Shown piece after piece: positions 27,001-36,136 of a stretch of 64,000 bases of DNA. The position numbers and the translations under genes are program-made. This stretch comes from an uncultured Gammaproteobacteria bacterium (GTDB taxonomy: Bacteria > Patescibacteriota > Microgenomatia > UBA8517). The stretch covers positions 10,358 to 74,357 of the forward strand of contig CAZWNZ010000001.1 in the NCBI GenBank assembly GCA_964635715.1, written 5' to 3'. The notes under the pieces are model-generated. The model was given only the letters and a program-made list of their open reading frames with translations. It did not search any database and was not told the DNA's origin. Numbering within the stretch: the stretch's first letter is position 1; the number at the start of each line of letters is the position of its first letter.

Positions 27001-27117
27001 GGACAAAAAGTTACCAGTAATCAGTTATTAGTAACCAGTCAGTTAATAAAGTGGCTAAGTTACTTAGAAACTGAATTACTAACTGATTATTGAATACTGG
27101 TCAACTATTCAACTTTT

Positions 27118-28068
27118 TTATCTGAGGTATTTTGCAATATTTGCATTGTGCTCACTCAAAGTTTTTGCATAATGTATCTTGCCATTCGTATCATGAATGT
27201 AATACCAATAATTATTACTCTCGGGGTCAAGCGCCGCCTTTATTGATGAAAGTCCCGGATTGGCAATTGGGGTTGGTGGAAAGCCTTGATATTTATAAGT
27301 ATTGTATGAAGAGGTTGTCGACAAATCTTCCAATGTTAATATTGGCCACCAGTCTTTTGATGTGCCGACGGCATACTGAACCGAAGCGTCTACTTGTAAA
27401 GGCCAGCCTGCATCAAGCCTGTTAAGTAAAATTCCGGCAACAACAGGCCTTTCTCCATCTGTTTTTGTTTCTCTTTCTATTAATGATGCTAAAACTACTA
27501 CCTGAGAAAAGGAAAGACCTGAATTGTTTTTGATACCTTCTGTCTTGGCTGTAAAAGTATCTGTCATTTTCTGAACAACAAAGTCCGCTGTCACATCTCT
27601 CGGGAAAAGATAAGTTTCTGGAAATAAATATCCTTCTTTACCTTTTGAGGCCTCCAAAAATTCTGTAACAAAAGATGCATCTTTATCCAAAACCGTCACA
27701 AACTTTTGTGCAATTTCCTCCCTTCTTAATCCTTCCGGAATTGTAACCCAAAGCTCAACGGGACCTTTCATAAGTGCATTAACCGTTTGAAACAATGAAT
27801 AAGAAGGCGTTAGCATAAATTCACCGGCTTGCACTTTTCCTGTTTGACCTGAGAATTGAAGATATATTTTGAAAGCAAGCGCACTTTTGATCAGGCCTGC
27901 CGATTCAAGTTTGTTACCTATTTGTGATACAGATGACCCTTTATTTATAACAAAGTAGTCAAAATGTTCTTCTGTACTTACAGATCCGGAGTTTTTATAA
28001 AAAAAATAGCCTCCGAAGGCAGCAATAGCAATAACTACCAGGAATAAAAACACTAATATTTTTTTCAT
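27118..28068 (-). CDS. mltG: endolytic murein transglycosylase MltG (YceG-like)
   Basis: N-terminal TM; YceG motifs ...GYLFPETYLFP... and GFPPTPIANPG. Confidence 0.85.
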   Translation of the reverse strand: MKKILVFLFLVVIAIAAFGGYFFYKNSGSVSTEEHFDYFVINKGSSVSQIGNKLESAGLIKSALAFKIYLQFSGQTGKVQAGEFMLTPSYSLFQTVNALMKGPVELWVTIPEGLRREEIAQKFVTVLDKDASFVTEFLEASKGKEGYLFPETYLFPRDVTADFVVQKMTDTFTAKTEGIKNNSGLSFSQVVVLASLIERETKTDGERPVVAGILLNRLDAGWPLQVDASVQYAVGTSKDWWPILTLEDLSTTSSYNTYKYQGFPPTPIANPGLSSIKAALDPESNNYWYYIHDTNGKIHYAKTLSEHNANIAKYLR

Positions 28069-28073
28069 AAAAC

Positions 28074-28277
28074 TCAGGCCACCTCGTCAAGAAGAGCGCG
28101 CCTGTACTTATCAGTTTTGAGGTTGTGAATAAAAATCCTTCCGCATTTAACACAAGTTACTTGTTCGCCATATTTCGAATTTTTAGTTTTTCCGTCAGAA
28201 AGGGGTGTTCCACAACCAACACACCTTCCCTGAGAAAGTAGCCAGGCCTGCATTGGTGCGATTATACTTTTAAACAT
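28074..28277 (-). CDS. small zinc-ribbon protein (CxxC...CxxC), function unknown
   Basis: GRCVGCGTPLSDGKTKNSKYGEQVTCVKCG. Confidence 0.4.
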   Translation of the reverse strand: MFKSIIAPMQAWLLSQGRCVGCGTPLSDGKTKNSKYGEQVTCVKCGRIFIHNLKTDKYRRALLDEVA

Positions 28278-28423
28278 TCTAATAAATTATACCATGAAGC
28301 GCTCTAGGTCAAGCTGATAAAACCTTTGGACACAAACCGAGCCCTAAACAGAAAATCATCAACACCAAAAAAGTGTGAATCAAATCTGCCTAGGGCTCGT
28401 AAAACTATTCAAATCAAAGAGAG

Positions 28424-28972
28424 TTATTCATAAACATGGGGTCCACCAGGTGTATCACCAAGATTGGTTTCATTGTAATCAGTTACTAAAATTCCTTGAC
28501 GCCTATCCGGGGATGTTATTACAACATCCTCTTCATAATCTTCATCACCACAATGACAAAATCTAGCCTGACATTTTCCACCACAATGTTCATAAATGTA
28601 ATGACCACAATCACATTTCTCAAATTCAAATTGATCAACATTTCCAATTTGAAATTTTGAATTTCTTTCTCTTTCAATATAGTCATTCACTACTGCGTAT
28701 TTGGTACTGAAGCACCATGGAAAACATTTTGGACGACCTTTACTTCCCCTAGAAACAAGGAAACATAAACTTTCTCCTGCTTTGGGGTATGGGAGGTCAT
28801 ATGGCACATCAAGTTTACTAAAAGCAATTTCACTATTTCTGATTTCTAGCGCTCTACCGTCACCAAAATGAAGAAATATTTCAACATCTTCTCCGTCTGG
28901 CTTCACAAAACCATAACCTTTCACCTTATCAAACCAAACAACTCTTCCAAATTTTAATTCCATTTCACTCAC
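28424..28972 (-). CDS. cold-shock domain protein fused to a C-terminal Cys/His-rich (probable zinc-binding) domain
   Basis: N-terminus GRVVWFDKVKGYGFVKPDGEDVEIFLHF is a CSD; C-terminus CFPWCF...CDCGHYIYEHCGGKCQARFCHCGDEDYEE. Confidence 0.6.
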   Translation of the reverse strand: MSEMELKFGRVVWFDKVKGYGFVKPDGEDVEIFLHFGDGRALEIRNSEIAFSKLDVPYDLPYPKAGESLCFLVSRGSKGRPKCFPWCFSTKYAVVNDYIERERNSKFQIGNVDQFEFEKCDCGHYIYEHCGGKCQARFCHCGDEDYEEDVVITSPDRRQGILVTDYNETNLGDTPGGPHVYE

Positions 28973-29234
28973 TCACGTTTCGATTCTTTTGTCGCTTGCC
29001 CGCAAGGGTTCAAGTATCAGGAATCTAGCTACTTAAAAAGCAGCATTCCGAGCACAGTTTAAGTATGCCCAGAGTGCTGCCTTCAAATAGCTTTAGAGCA
29101 AGTTATCTCTTTGAAAGTTAAAGAACTTTTTGGCTAAGCTCAAGGCTATAGCCAAACTCGAATTCCAAGCAAATATAGAATTCAAGTATCCGATAGTATA
29201 ATATATCAGGGGCTAAAAATCCAGTGTATTACTG

Positions 29235-29612
29235 TTACGTAACACTAGTACACTTTGAGGATTGGCGGCTGGGTCGAAAATTATTTTTTTCAAATTTTTT
29301 ACTCCAAATAATACTAACCTCAACAAACCCTTTATTTATTAAATCTTGAGGTAAATTTTTAAAAGGACAACTACCAGCTCTCTCTAATTCACCAATAATC
29401 TTTCTTGCAATAGTAACTTGATTTTCGGTTGATTTTAAAACAGTGGCCATTTCACTAAGATTCAGGCCGGGAATACGCCTATGTTCCCAAAAATGATTTA
29501 CTAAATGAGCCGCACCATTTATATCCATTAATTGATTTTCCGGAAGGTCTTTAAGAAATGAGAGATCGAGTTCTTGTCTGGAATTGTCAGTTTCTTTTGA
29601 TTGCTCTACCAT
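29235..29612 (-). CDS. hypothetical protein, possible helix-turn-helix
   Basis: LNLSEMATVLKSTENQVTIARKIIGELERAG resembles an HTH; no confident family assignment. Confidence 0.3.
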   Translation of the reverse strand: MVEQSKETDNSRQELDLSFLKDLPENQLMDINGAAHLVNHFWEHRRIPGLNLSEMATVLKSTENQVTIARKIIGELERAGSCPFKNLPQDLINKGFVEVSIIWSKKFEKNNFRPSRQSSKCTSVT

Positions 29613-29650
29613 AACTGGAATTATATTAAGAATAATCGCAAAGTCAAAAA

Positions 29651-30034
29651 TTAGAAATTTAAATAATTTTGAAGCATTATGGCGGCGGCGTAGGCGTCTT
29701 CCATTTCTTTACGTTTCTTCCTGCCTATTCCGGCCTCTATTGATAAAGTTTGTGCATCGTGTGAAGTTAAAGTTTCGTCAAATGTTTCGACACTAATGGC
29801 CAATGGCAAATGACTAATGGCTAAAGCAAAGTTTTTACTTTCTTCTCCCATTTCTCCTTCCGAAACACCTACTACAACTTTTTCTATTTCCTCTTTTTCG
29901 ATAATTTTTTTAATCTCATTGATTAATAAATCCCCATCTTTGTATCTAATCACTTTGAGCGGTTCCGCCAACGGCCCGTCAGCCAAAGCCAACCCAACCT
30001 TACTCCTGCCATAATCAATTCCAAGTATTTTCAT
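29651..30034 (-). CDS. ruvX: Holliday-junction resolvase-like nuclease YqgF/RuvX
   Basis: MKILGIDYGRSKVGLALADGPLAEPL... RNase H-like YqgF N-terminus; ~127 aa. Confidence 0.8.
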   Translation of the reverse strand: MKILGIDYGRSKVGLALADGPLAEPLKVIRYKDGDLLINEIKKIIEKEEIEKVVVGVSEGEMGEESKNFALAISHLPLAISVETFDETLTSHDAQTLSIEAGIGRKKRKEMEDAYAAAIMLQNYLNF

Positions 30035-30121
30035 AAATTAGTATTTAGTAGTTAGAAATTAGAAACTAGATCTGGAATGTATTTTAGCAGTTCCTAACTA
30101 CTAACTTCTAGATTCCAACTC

Positions 30122-30811
30122 CTAGTCTTCGGGTGGAACCACCCTTGCCCTCACAATAAGTCTTTTCGGATATCTGGGGTCTCCCGGAGGTATGCAGGTT
30201 ACAAGAGTTATAAAAGAATCGCTGGAATCCTGATCCAGCACTTGCAAATCGGTCGGTGCAACCTCAAACATCTCTTCCACTTTGTAGGTGTATGATACGC
30301 CGTCATAATCGACGAACACAAAATCTCCGACCTTCATTGTCGGCAGCATTGTAAAAATAGAGATATAATTTTTCGGATTATTGAAAATCGGCAAAATTGA
30401 ATGACCGAATATAACAGCATTGCCGCGTTTTCCCGGAAGAGCTGTTCCCGGATATTGAATGAGGCTTTTGCTCAAATCTTCTCCGCCTATTGCCACTGTT
30501 GCCGATTCTATCTTGAGTTTTGGTATTGAGAGTGTGTAATAAGACACTTTTTCTGCGGTGAAATCCTCTACTGTTGCTCCGTTGGTAAACCAGCTGCTGG
30601 CCATGGTATCTTCTGTTCCTATGCCTGTCGATTCCGTCATAACTTTTTGTATCTGACCCTCCGAGTCGGCCAGCGGAGAAATTAGCTTGGTATAATTTTT
30701 CGAATATGTAGCATCATAGCTGACAATCGGATAAATCACCCCTATTAAAATGACTATTCCTGAAATACCTGAAATTAAAGCTGATATGCGCAATATTGTC
30801 TTTTGTTTCAT
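30122..30811 (-). CDS. sortase-family transpeptidase
   Basis: N-terminal TM; catalytic triad context IFGHS ... TLVTC ... RLIVRA. Confidence 0.7.
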   Translation of the reverse strand: MKQKTILRISALISGISGIVILIGVIYPIVSYDATYSKNYTKLISPLADSEGQIQKVMTESTGIGTEDTMASSWFTNGATVEDFTAEKVSYYTLSIPKLKIESATVAIGGEDLSKSLIQYPGTALPGKRGNAVIFGHSILPIFNNPKNYISIFTMLPTMKVGDFVFVDYDGVSYTYKVEEMFEVAPTDLQVLDQDSSDSFITLVTCIPPGDPRYPKRLIVRARVVPPED

Positions 30812-30856
30812 GCCAACAATTTTACTATATATTAATTTACAATCACTCGGGGAAAA

Positions 30857-33070
30857 TTACTCGGGTTTCACATCTACGGTAATATTCTTGGAAATTCTTG
30901 GGATGGTTTTCAAAAATCCCGGGAACTTAATTTTTAAAACAATATCCGCATGGTCAAAACCCTGAATAGAATTTAAGTATGAGGTGGCAATAGTTGTTGT
31001 CTTGCCGGATATCGTACTTTTTATCTTTTCCGCATCAACCTCAGGTAGGAAGTTTCCACCCACCACAACATCATAAACGTAATTGCCGTCTTGTTCTTCC
31101 ACAAAAGTGAACCTGAAATCTATCTGATCTGAAGTTAATATATAACCCGACGGGGATTTGTCGCCCAAAATTCCCTTTGCATATTCTAGAATTTGCTCCC
31201 TTTCTACTACCAAACCGGTAGCGTTAATTGTCAAAGCAAGCTTCAAATTGCTCGCCTGATCTCCAACATCATAATCGAAAATCTCTTTGGCAACATCCAA
31301 TCCGGCCAGGTCATTAACAAAGAGCTCGTCTGCAGAAATTTTTGCCGACAATTCCGATTTTGCATTCTGGCTAAGTTCTGTTTTCAACCCCTCCTCAAGC
31401 TCCGTTTGATCATCTTTGCTAACCGCCGAAATTTGCTGGCTACTACCGCCACTAAAGTCTGCTGTAGATGTTGCAGCAACAAGAGATTTGGAATAATTTC
31501 CAACACTAAATACTTCGCCCTTGGCTAAATTGTAGGTCGATCCAATATCATAAGCTGTGACATTCACAGTTGCAGTACCTGGGGAACCCGGCAAAATTTG
31601 ACCGGATATAGAGGCTTCATTATTTGTCAAAAATTTGAAACCTGACGAAGAAGTTAAAACTGTTCCTGACGTGAGATTTATAGCAACGCTGTTCCCGTTG
31701 GCTATCTCCACCGAACCTGACGCTTTATCACCAATAAGTTTGGTTCCTGTGGTTGATTTTGTTTTCTCACCGGACACTTCGCTTGTTACGGTTTTTGCAG
31801 GAATGATGTTGTTTTCTTGATTAAATTGATCTTTCGTACTGAATGTAATCCGCGCGCTCTCTTCCGCTCTCTTGGATGTAACATAAATAGTCACTTTAGC
31901 AGTTTGTGCAAACCACCATAAGCCAGCCACAGCCAGTAGAGCTAATCCGAGAATGGATAAGACCACCATCGGGACTCTTTTTTTCCCGGTAGAATTAATA
32001 TTTGGCTTGGAAAACATCTTGGAGAAAGAGTGGAATAGCTGTTTAGATTTGGTGAAATAATCTATATGTCCTTTTTGCGGTTGTGTGATCGGCGCTTCTA
32101 CCTGCTGAAATGGAGCTTTGGGATAAACATCAGTTGGGGGCGATTGTACAGGAACAACATTTTGGACATCTTCATTTTTCATCGAAGAAACGTCTTCCTC
32201 CAAAGCAAATCCCAAACTTTCCGCAGTCACGGGCTTTGTCTCTTCCGGTTTTTCATTTATTTCCTCATATTGAGGCTCCTCAACTTCTTTATATTCAGAC
32301 TTTTCGCTGCTGACCACTCCTTTGACGTCTCCCATCTCTGCTCCACCCGCTAAAGCTGTTGCTAATACTTTTTTATCCACACTTAAGACCTCCACCTGAG
32401 GTGTGTGTAAAAAGCTGATTTTACCTTCGCCCCAATTAGCCTGAAGCAAAGTCTGTTTTGCCTCCTCAAGCTCGCCTTCTTTTCCGTCATAGACAATGAA
32501 CCTTGTTGGTAGGGGTGATATCCCCTCAAATCTTGAAAGCCCCTCAATCACGTCATCCACCAGAGACACACTTCTTGAAACTTCCGTTGTTCCTGCCAGT
32601 TCGCCAAGTTTAAATACCGAAATTTCTAAATTTTCACCACTGGTATTCAAAACAATCGCATTAAGAGGTGATGATTCCTCGGATTTATATAAGTGAGCAA
32701 TTGCCTCAGGTAAGACAACGAATCCAACAGGAGTCAGAGAAAGCTCTGTGCAAAGTTTTTTTATTTTAAGAAGATTCTCCGGAGAAATCACTCCATCTTT
32801 TACCCATGAAGTGGAAACCCCAAAAACCGTCTTTGATGGTTCCGGATAATCCTCGGGGAGTTTTTGTATTGCCGATGAAAGAGCTGCATCAGTCGCTTCA
32901 ACCAACTCCTCATCATTTTCCCACGGAATTCCCGCCCCTATCCCGACAACCTTTGCCTCACCCTCACCTATATACCAAATTCCGGATTGCACCAAACCTT
33001 TTTCTATTACAAGTGCCCAAAAAAGCTCAGGTGGACTTTCTTTACTTGTTATCAAATCTTTAAGGTTCAT
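30857..33070 (-). CDS. large membrane protein: N-terminal cytoplasmic actin-fold (PilM/FtsA-like) domain, Pro/Glu-rich linker, one TM, ~350-aa Ser/Thr-rich extracellular domain
   Basis: N-terminus ...ALVIEKGLVQSGIWYIGEGEAKVVGIG...AIVLNTSGENLEISVFKLGELAG resembles PilM/FtsA nucleotide-binding strands. TM VVLSILGLALLAVAGLWWF at about residue 370. Confidence 0.35.
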   Translation of the reverse strand: MNLKDLITSKESPPELFWALVIEKGLVQSGIWYIGEGEAKVVGIGAGIPWENDEELVEATDAALSSAIQKLPEDYPEPSKTVFGVSTSWVKDGVISPENLLKIKKLCTELSLTPVGFVVLPEAIAHLYKSEESSPLNAIVLNTSGENLEISVFKLGELAGTTEVSRSVSLVDDVIEGLSRFEGISPLPTRFIVYDGKEGELEEAKQTLLQANWGEGKISFLHTPQVEVLSVDKKVLATALAGGAEMGDVKGVVSSEKSEYKEVEEPQYEEINEKPEETKPVTAESLGFALEEDVSSMKNEDVQNVVPVQSPPTDVYPKAPFQQVEAPITQPQKGHIDYFTKSKQLFHSFSKMFSKPNINSTGKKRVPMVVLSILGLALLAVAGLWWFAQTAKVTIYVTSKRAEESARITFSTKDQFNQENNIIPAKTVTSEVSGEKTKSTTGTKLIGDKASGSVEIANGNSVAINLTSGTVLTSSSGFKFLTNNEASISGQILPGSPGTATVNVTAYDIGSTYNLAKGEVFSVGNYSKSLVAATSTADFSGGSSQQISAVSKDDQTELEEGLKTELSQNAKSELSAKISADELFVNDLAGLDVAKEIFDYDVGDQASNLKLALTINATGLVVEREQILEYAKGILGDKSPSGYILTSDQIDFRFTFVEEQDGNYVYDVVVGGNFLPEVDAEKIKSTISGKTTTIATSYLNSIQGFDHADIVLKIKFPGFLKTIPRISKNITVDVKPE

Positions 33071-33153
33071 AAAATGTTAATAACTCAAAAATAATCGACA
33101 GAAATCTTAACTTAAATTAATAGTTTTTAGATATGGCTTTTAGTTATTCGCTT

Positions 33154-35001
33154 TTAGCTTTTAATTAAAGCGGCATATATTCTAATAATTCCTGCTCCAA
33201 TTTTCTCTTGTTTAATTATTCTAACATCCCCAATCTCACCTGTGCGAGTAACATGTGGTCCACCACACACTTCTCGACTGAAAGGAGATCCTGAGCGAGC
33301 TTCGCGAGTCGAAGGACCGATTGAATACACTTTTACTTCTTTTCCGTATTTTTCTGCAAAGAAGTGCATTGCGCCCAACTTTATTGCATCGGATAAACTC
33401 ATTGTAGTAAAACTCACTGGCAAATCTTCTTTTATCTTTTTATTCATCAGGTCCTCAACTTCTCCGACCTCTTCATCTGTAAGCTTTTGTGGATGAGAAA
33501 AATCAAATCTTAATCTTTCTGCAGTAATATGACTTCCTTTTTGTCCAACATGTTCACCCAACACTTCTCTTAGTGCCGCCTGCAATAAATGTGTAGCTGT
33601 ATGTAGTTTTGTAGTAACAATAGACGCCTCAGACAGTCCCCCCTTAAACATTCCAGCAGATGCACTTCTTGAGGCATCTTTGTGTTTTTCAAATTCCGTT
33701 TCAAAGGCATTTTTTTCTTCAGGAGAGAAACTAAAGCCATTTTGTTTTAGAATTTCTATAGTCAGCTCAAGGGGAAACCCTTCGGTTTGATAAAGATCAA
33801 AAGCGAATTCTCCATTAATTAATTTCCCGTCATTTACAGCTTTCGTTAATTTTCCAAGTCCCCGCTTTAATGCTGCTTCAAAACGAGTTGCCTCAGTTGT
33901 TAGATTCTCCTCAATAAATTGCCAATTTTTATCTACGTTGGGATAAAACTTTCTATACTCTTCTGCAATATGTGCGATAGCAAGCCCAGAAATTCCAGAT
34001 CCTAAAAGGTGAAAGTGAAACATTGCGCGCCTGATGAGTCTTCTTAATGCATAACCTTGAAGTTTGTTGCTTGGAACAACTCCCTCAGCAAGTAAATTTG
34101 TTGATGCCCGAAGGTGGTCTGCAATAATTCTAAAACTCCTATCTTTACTAGAGTCCGTGGAATAAGCTGTCCCAACTTCTTTTTCGATTTTTTGAATAAC
34201 ACCGATAAACATATCGATTTTGAAAACGTCTGGATTATCAACTAGAGCTGCTGCTGCTCGCTCCAGTCCGCCCCCAAAATCAACATTTTTTTGAGGAAGT
34301 TCTTTTAGAGACCCGTCCTCCATTTTTTGGTACTGCACAAACACTGAATTTCCTATTTCTAAAAATTTTCCACAGTCACAATTGGGATGGCAGAAGTCAC
34401 CAAACTTTGGGTCGTGGGGAACGTCGGTAAATTCATAAAAAATTTCACTATCAGGACCACCTATTTCTCCCGCTGGCATATTTGAGGGGACGCCAGCCCT
34501 ACTCCACCAATTTTTTTCTGGTCCATAAAAATGAATATGGGTTTCGGGAACACCCAGACCTTTCCATATTTCAAAAGATTCAGTGTCTTTTGGAACACCG
34601 TCTGTTCCTTCAAAAACGCTTACGTGTAGTCTTTCAGGAGAGATCCCTAATTCTTTTGTATAAAATTCCCACACAAAGGCAAGTTGTTCTTTTTTGAAAT
34701 AATCTCCCAAGCTCCAGTTGCCAAGCATTTCAAAAAAAGTTATGTGACGATTGTCCCCAACTTCCTCAAGATCCTGAAGCCTTAGTGAGGGTTGAGAATC
34801 TGTAAGTCTTACTCCTTCAGGATGTTTTTCCCCTTTCAAAAAAGGGACCAGTTGTTGCATTCCACTACTTGTAAAAAGGGTCGTTGGATCCCCTTCAATA
34901 ATAAGTGGGCTTGGAATAATTTCTTTATGTCCCTGCTTTTTAAAAAACTCTAAATATTTTTTCCTAATCTCTGTTGTAGTCATGGCTAAAGTATAGTACA
35001 A
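33154..35001 (-). CDS. alaS: alanine--tRNA ligase (catalytic and editing domains; C-Ala domain absent)
   Basis: N-terminus EIRKKYLEFFKKQGHKEIIPSPLI...LFTSSGM; editing motif HTATHLLQAAL...; 615 aa. True start probably MTTTEIR (ATG rc 34981-34983). Confidence 0.9.
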   Translation of the reverse strand: MYYTLAMTTTEIRKKYLEFFKKQGHKEIIPSPLIIEGDPTTLFTSSGMQQLVPFLKGEKHPEGVRLTDSQPSLRLQDLEEVGDNRHITFFEMLGNWSLGDYFKKEQLAFVWEFYTKELGISPERLHVSVFEGTDGVPKDTESFEIWKGLGVPETHIHFYGPEKNWWSRAGVPSNMPAGEIGGPDSEIFYEFTDVPHDPKFGDFCHPNCDCGKFLEIGNSVFVQYQKMEDGSLKELPQKNVDFGGGLERAAAALVDNPDVFKIDMFIGVIQKIEKEVGTAYSTDSSKDRSFRIIADHLRASTNLLAEGVVPSNKLQGYALRRLIRRAMFHFHLLGSGISGLAIAHIAEEYRKFYPNVDKNWQFIEENLTTEATRFEAALKRGLGKLTKAVNDGKLINGEFAFDLYQTEGFPLELTIEILKQNGFSFSPEEKNAFETEFEKHKDASRSASAGMFKGGLSEASIVTTKLHTATHLLQAALREVLGEHVGQKGSHITAERLRFDFSHPQKLTDEEVGEVEDLMNKKIKEDLPVSFTTMSLSDAIKLGAMHFFAEKYGKEVKVYSIGPSTREARSGSPFSREVCGGPHVTRTGEIGDVRIIKQEKIGAGIIRIYAALIKS

Positions 35002-35089
35002 ATTGAATCTAGAATATAGAATTTCGAATTCAGTTAAAAAACCGCAGACAGAAAAGGCTTCTTTTTTCCTAGATTCCAGATTCTAATTA

Positions 35090-35326
35090 CTAGCTCCCAC
35101 CGTGGGTTTCAAGCTTTTTATTTTTATGAAGAATCTCCATTACTGAAGTTAATTTGTCCGGCCTAATTAATCCTCCTCCCAATATTGAATCTTCCAAAAG
35201 ACTGTTTAATCTTTTCACGGCACGCCGAAGATCAATAATTATCAGCATTACTTGGATACCAACAACAACCAAAAGAAAAGTCAGACTTATTACTACGACG
35301 ATTAAAAGTGTTTGAACTGAATCCAT
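35090..35326 (-). CDS. small single-TM membrane protein
   Basis: TLLIVVVISLTFLLVVVGIQVMLIIIDL hydrophobic N-terminus. Confidence 0.35.
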   Translation of the reverse strand: MDSVQTLLIVVVISLTFLLVVVGIQVMLIIIDLRRAVKRLNSLLEDSILGGGLIRPDKLTSVMEILHKNKKLETHGGS

Positions 35327-35350
35327 AAGTTAGTAACTAGTTACTAGCCC

Positions 35351-35974
35351 CTAGTTTCTGACATTTATTTTGCGCGAAACTGTTGTTGTCTTGCCACTTC
35401 TGGATTGAGCAACAATCGTTATTTCTTCAGCACTGTCAGCAATCTCTATATTAACAGAAAATTTACCATCTTCATCTACCAATACCGGTTGATTGTCGAC
35501 GGTAATCTTAACATCTACATCCGTTGAACCAAAAACTAAAACCGAGTCACCAGCTATAATCTGTCCTTCTACAGGACTCACCACATTTATACTTGGAGGT
35601 GAAACAAATTTTTTATACTGGAAACCCAAATACCCAAGAATGAAAATAACAACAAGAGCAATTCCCAAAATAAACGTAATTCTGGGATTCCATGACTGTT
35701 TTGACGAGATATCAGGCTTAGGATTGATATTTGTTTTTGTTAAAGTGTAGTCCCGTTTAAGAATTGCTGTAGCCGTAGCTTCATCCACATCCAAGGCCGA
35801 AGCAATACTTTTAACGAATCCCAAAACAGTAGGAAAAGGCGGAAGCACCTGCCAATTTTCGTTTTCCAGATCTTTGATAAATGAAGCTTTAATTTTAGTA
35901 ATTTCCTCAAGCTTTTCGTAAGAGTACTTCTTTTCTTTTCGGGCACTAATAATTATTTGGCCAATTTTTCTCAT
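35351..35974 (-). CDS. rodZ: RodZ-like membrane protein with N-terminal helix-turn-helix
   Basis: IKASFIKDLENENWQVLPPFPTVLGFVKSIASALDVDE (RodZ HTH pattern), TM at ~residue 100, C-terminal beta domain. Confidence 0.6.
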   Translation of the reverse strand: MRKIGQIIISARKEKKYSYEKLEEITKIKASFIKDLENENWQVLPPFPTVLGFVKSIASALDVDEATATAILKRDYTLTKTNINPKPDISSKQSWNPRITFILGIALVVIFILGYLGFQYKKFVSPPSINVVSPVEGQIIAGDSVLVFGSTDVDVKITVDNQPVLVDEDGKFSVNIEIADSAEEITIVAQSRSGKTTTVSRKINVRN

Positions 35975-35994
35975 GCTTTAAACTTGTTTAAAAT

Positions 35995-36033
35995 ATATAA
36001 AACTTATCCTCTTATTGCAAACTTGTCTGCACG
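35995..36033 (-). promoter_or_regulatory. conserved palindrome (TGCAAACTTGTCTGCA) plus TATATA-box element 20 nt upstream of rodZ; copy B of 3
   Basis: tatataaaacttatcctcttattgcaaacttgtctgcac. Confidence 0.5.
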
Positions 36034-36136
36034 ATTCTACCAATTAAGTTTTATATAATATAAAAAACCTTATAAAATTCACCCTATTGTAGACTTGCTC
36101 ACATAAATTCCTGGTAGAATTTCATATTACAATTCC

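Noticed and set aside
28973-29234. GC-rich structured 262-bp region considered as a tmRNA, RNase P RNA or SRP RNA gene
   Set aside because: None of the conserved motifs of those RNAs (tmRNA GGGG...CCACCA ends, RNase P P4 GGAAAGTCCGG, SRP GGAAGCAGCCA) are present. Position directly upstream of a cold-shock-domain gene favours a long structured 5' UTR.
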